A stretch of 64,000 nt of DNA, the filler included, from Licmophora abbreviata (taxonomy: Eukaryota): the NCBI GenBank assembly GCA_900291995.1. It is 17 parts of 17 records of this genome, joined end to end, with 100 filler letters (N's around TTAATTAATTAA, not from the genome) between each part and the next. Parts side by side here need not be neighbours in the genome. Positions count along the whole stretch, not along the records: positions 61,386 to 62,833 come from OLMU01005238.1; positions 62,934 to 64,000 come from OLMU01005293.1; 15 more parts are not named here. One strand, 5' to 3'. The notes beneath the pieces were generated by a model. The model was not told the DNA's origin. It did no database searches and was given only the letters and a program-made list of their open reading frames with translations. Below, one piece after another: positions 61,286-64,000 of the stretch. How positions within the stretch are numbered: position 1 is the first letter of the stretch; the number at the start of each line of letters is the position of its first letter. A program made the translations under genes and the position numbers.

Positions 61286-61521
61286 NNNNNNNNNNNNNNN
61301 NNNNNNNNNNNNNNNNNNNNNNNNNNNNNTTAATTAATTAANNNNNNNNNNNNNNNNNNNNNNNNNNNNNNNNNNNNNNNNNNNNATAATTTGTATTCGT
61401 AGTCAAGTGCTGAGTTTTGATATTGAGTAAAATGACACAGAATGTTCCCTCATGCCATCTGTACGCACAGACGGCCAGCAAGATGTCCCCCAACCACTTC
61501 GTAAGTCTACTGCCCATTACA

Positions 61522-62096
61522 CTACACCCCTGTTGCATTCGCTGCATCCACTGCAGCACTCGCAGTGTTGGTCGTCATCGAGGCACCCTCGAGACCCGTC
61601 GTCCCGGGCGCCATGATTTGTGGGGGTACCTGTTGTCCCATGATGGCGTGCAAGGGCACCAAGCTGGGGTACTGTAGCCGCGAGAGAAGGAGGGAGATAA
61701 GATTAACAATGAGATCTGTCGATACACACGAGTTTGTTTTTAGGTTAGGAGGCCCAAATGGCGTTCAAGCGAATCTGCTACGTAACCTCGTCCCCGTAGA
61801 CTACAGGTACTAACGGTCCGTAGAATCCTACAGTCACATGGACCCCATCATTCGCTACTCACTTTACTTCCCAATTCCAGCAACTGTCGTCGTAAAGTCT
61901 CGTTTCGATCGTGCAGGTCCTTGTTTTCTCTGGACAGCGTAATGACGGTCCTCTGCAGCTCTTCAATCATGCCCTTCTTGCGCTTGCGACTCTCCCGCGC
62001 ACTGACCCGGTTCTGTTCGAGGCGTTCCTTGCGCTTGGCCCCTTTGGGGGAGGAGCTCTCGTCATGGTCATTGTTGTCTTCGGAAGAGGCAGTCAT
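61522..62096 (-). CDS. bZIP transcription factor
   Basis: Exons 62096-61863 and 61671-61522 (the start could be further upstream). KRKERLEQNRVSARESRKRKK followed by a leucine heptad repeat. Confidence 0.85.
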
Positions 62097-62442
62097 GATG
62101 AAGCAAGGTGGGAGATAGGCAACGCAAGAGACGGGGAGATCAAGAGTCGATGCGGCGACGATACAAGGCGCCGCTCTCTTTGGCGATGCCTGGTTTTGCG
62201 CAACAGCCATCAATCGCTTTGATTATTCGGGTTCGGGATTGCCGAACAGTATTCTTGTAGACCTCGTGAGTGTAACAGACCTCGTGAGTGAATCACTCTT
62301 TCTTTTTGGAATCACGCGAAAACGGCACACAAGACCATGACGAAACAGCGGCCGCTGCTGAACTCCTAAAAAGTCCAGTGTATCGCCTTCCTTGCTTCTT
62401 TTCGCTCCCCCCGCTTCAGTTTACTCCCCATCCTCGACGACC

Positions 62443-62833
62443 ATGTCTTCTGTTGCTCAATGGGACGACACGTACGCTGGATTGGCGCGAATCTGTTCTC
62501 AACAGCGCAGTACGGCTGCCCCTCAGTCTACAAACGACAGGACTGCCCTGCAACAACAGCTTGCTCGCTTGCAGCAGCAGCTCGGTCCCCTCCAGTCCTA
62601 CTTGACACTCGCCGAATACAATCGACGTCAGAATCTCATTCAGCATTTGATCCAGCAAGTCAAAAATAGCACTACGGCTGCTTCTACGCAAAACTATAAT
62701 CCCACTCAGTCAGCACTTGCACAGCAAGACGACATGATTGATGAACTCGGAAGGGGAGTCGGCCGTTTGAAGCAGCAGACGGTGCTTGTTTCGGACGAAG
62801 CCAACTTGCATGTCAACTTGTTGAATGAGATGG
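62443..62833 (+). CDS. Qc-SNARE (syntaxin-6/8-like), 3'-truncated by a gap
   Basis: Helical N-terminal region, then QQDDMIDELGRGVGRLKQQTVLVSDEANLHVNLLNEM. Confidence 0.78.
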
Positions 62834-62933
62834 NNNNNNNNNNNNNNNNNNNNNNNNNNNNNNNNNNNNNNNNNNNNTTAATTAATTAANNNNNNNNNNN
62901 NNNNNNNNNNNNNNNNNNNNNNNNNNNNNNNNN

Positions 62934-63236
62934 CGTCTATTTCGAAGCAATCACATGCCGTTCGACTTTGCGTCTGCTCTGTCGCAACAAGACAGGGACA
63001 ACAACTCGAAAGTTCGAGACGCGCTGCAACATGCCCACAATCAAGCTCTGCATGTAGTTGTGGCACTACTTTACGGCGACGGCTTTACTCAATGTCTACC
63101 GGAAGACGTTCAATGCGTGATTGTGTGGATGAGCTTTGGCCATTTGCTGTTTCCCATGATGCCCTTGGCGCAGCGACGCAATCGCGTGGCTGCGCTGGTG
63201 AACTTCATCAACCAGCCACGACAGGCTCCTGTCTAG
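62934..63236 (+). CDS. Possible 3' fragment of an unknown gene
   Basis: Frame open from the gap edge to TAG; no recognisable motif. Confidence 0.3.
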   Translation, partial: RLFRSNHMPFDFASALSQQDRDNNSKVRDALQHAHNQALHVVVALLYGDGFTQCLPEDVQCVIVWMSFGHLLFPMMPLAQRRNRVAALVNFINQPRQAPV

Positions 63237-64000
63237 CCGGCGTAACTATCTCGTGGTGAAATATGCCTCCAATATCAGTGCGCTACACGCGCCCGTATTC
63301 GCTTCACCCCTTCCCCGATCATGTTATTGTCTTTACTAGCAGTACTTCTATTATTTTCCTTTTCTAGACAGTATCATAAGAAAGTCATCCTTGCTTCGAT
63401 AGCCCGCCGCGTTCGCTAGATCCATCCCCACAATCAGCAGGATATACATATCATACAAATATCAGACCGGCACGTCACTCACTGAAGAGACTGATGCCCT
63501 CTCGACAAATCATGAGGTCGCTGTAGGTACGCTAACGTAGGTAATCTGTCCGTCCAACCATTGTGGTGCGCCAACGCGATGTCAGCTGCGACAGCCTTCA
63601 ATACTTGCGCAATGAACCCAAGAGATGGCCCCTATTCACCCTCACAGCCTCCCTAATCCGTACTTATGATATACATTGGTATTCTAAAGTAGACTATCGG
63701 TCTTCCTGTCTTTCTTTTTCTCTGTCCGCGCATGTTGAATGTTGTAGTGACACGGCCAGACGGAGGTGGGTCATCCCTATGTAGACTGTCCATCGTCCAT
63801 AAGTAGAACCGAATATCAGCAAGGAAAGGCATCCTGGCAACATCATCCGTCTCTCGTACATCTTCATATGTTTCTTACGGGAATGCCTTCCGAGCTCCGT
63901 TGTCAGTGCGTAGCTGTTTCCTGCTTATGAACACTCGTTGTGCAAAAAAAGCTCGACGTGCGTGACAAGGCTAGAGGTTCAGGTCCGCAGTAGATATCGT

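Noticed and set aside
3702..63236. Reading gene neighbourhoods across spacers as a functional cluster
   Set aside because: The functions are unrelated, and adjacency across gaps is supported only where a gene visibly continues.

Overview
Gene-dense eukaryotic scaffold, most likely from a pennate diatom. Support: short GT-AG introns, bipartite signal-peptide + 'AFAP' plastid presequences, and RXL/KxxK secreted proteins. Sixteen artificial 100-nt spacers (N44-TTAATTAATTAA-N44) break the window, and several genes continue across them. About 30 genes or gene fragments can be supported. They include a CDPK, plastid ATP sulfurylase, DNMT2, a RING-H2 ligase, a mitochondrial carrier, a large USP, a very large secreted repeat protein, an SDR, a PsbQ-like protein, a HEATR3-like protein, a CYP7/8-like P450, an ankyrin-kinase, a glutathionyl-hydroquinone reductase, a PPR pseudogene, an NSUN-type methyltransferase, a 2OG oxygenase, a bZIP factor and a SNARE. 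The most notable signal is at 1-3601 and is absent from the ORF track. A 751-aa gag-like ORF ends in one UGA. The same frame then stays open for 418 more codons to the window edge, with no AUG for the first 275. The stop has a UGA-CGG context followed by an 8-nt spacer and a stem-loop, which is the layout of programmed stop-codon readthrough. The element is probably a DIRS/Ngaro-like retrotransposon, and the readthrough segment carries degenerate C5-methyltransferase-like motifs. Several single-base frameshifts at homopolymers elsewhere look like consensus errors. All family calls come from motif recognition by eye; no database searches were run.
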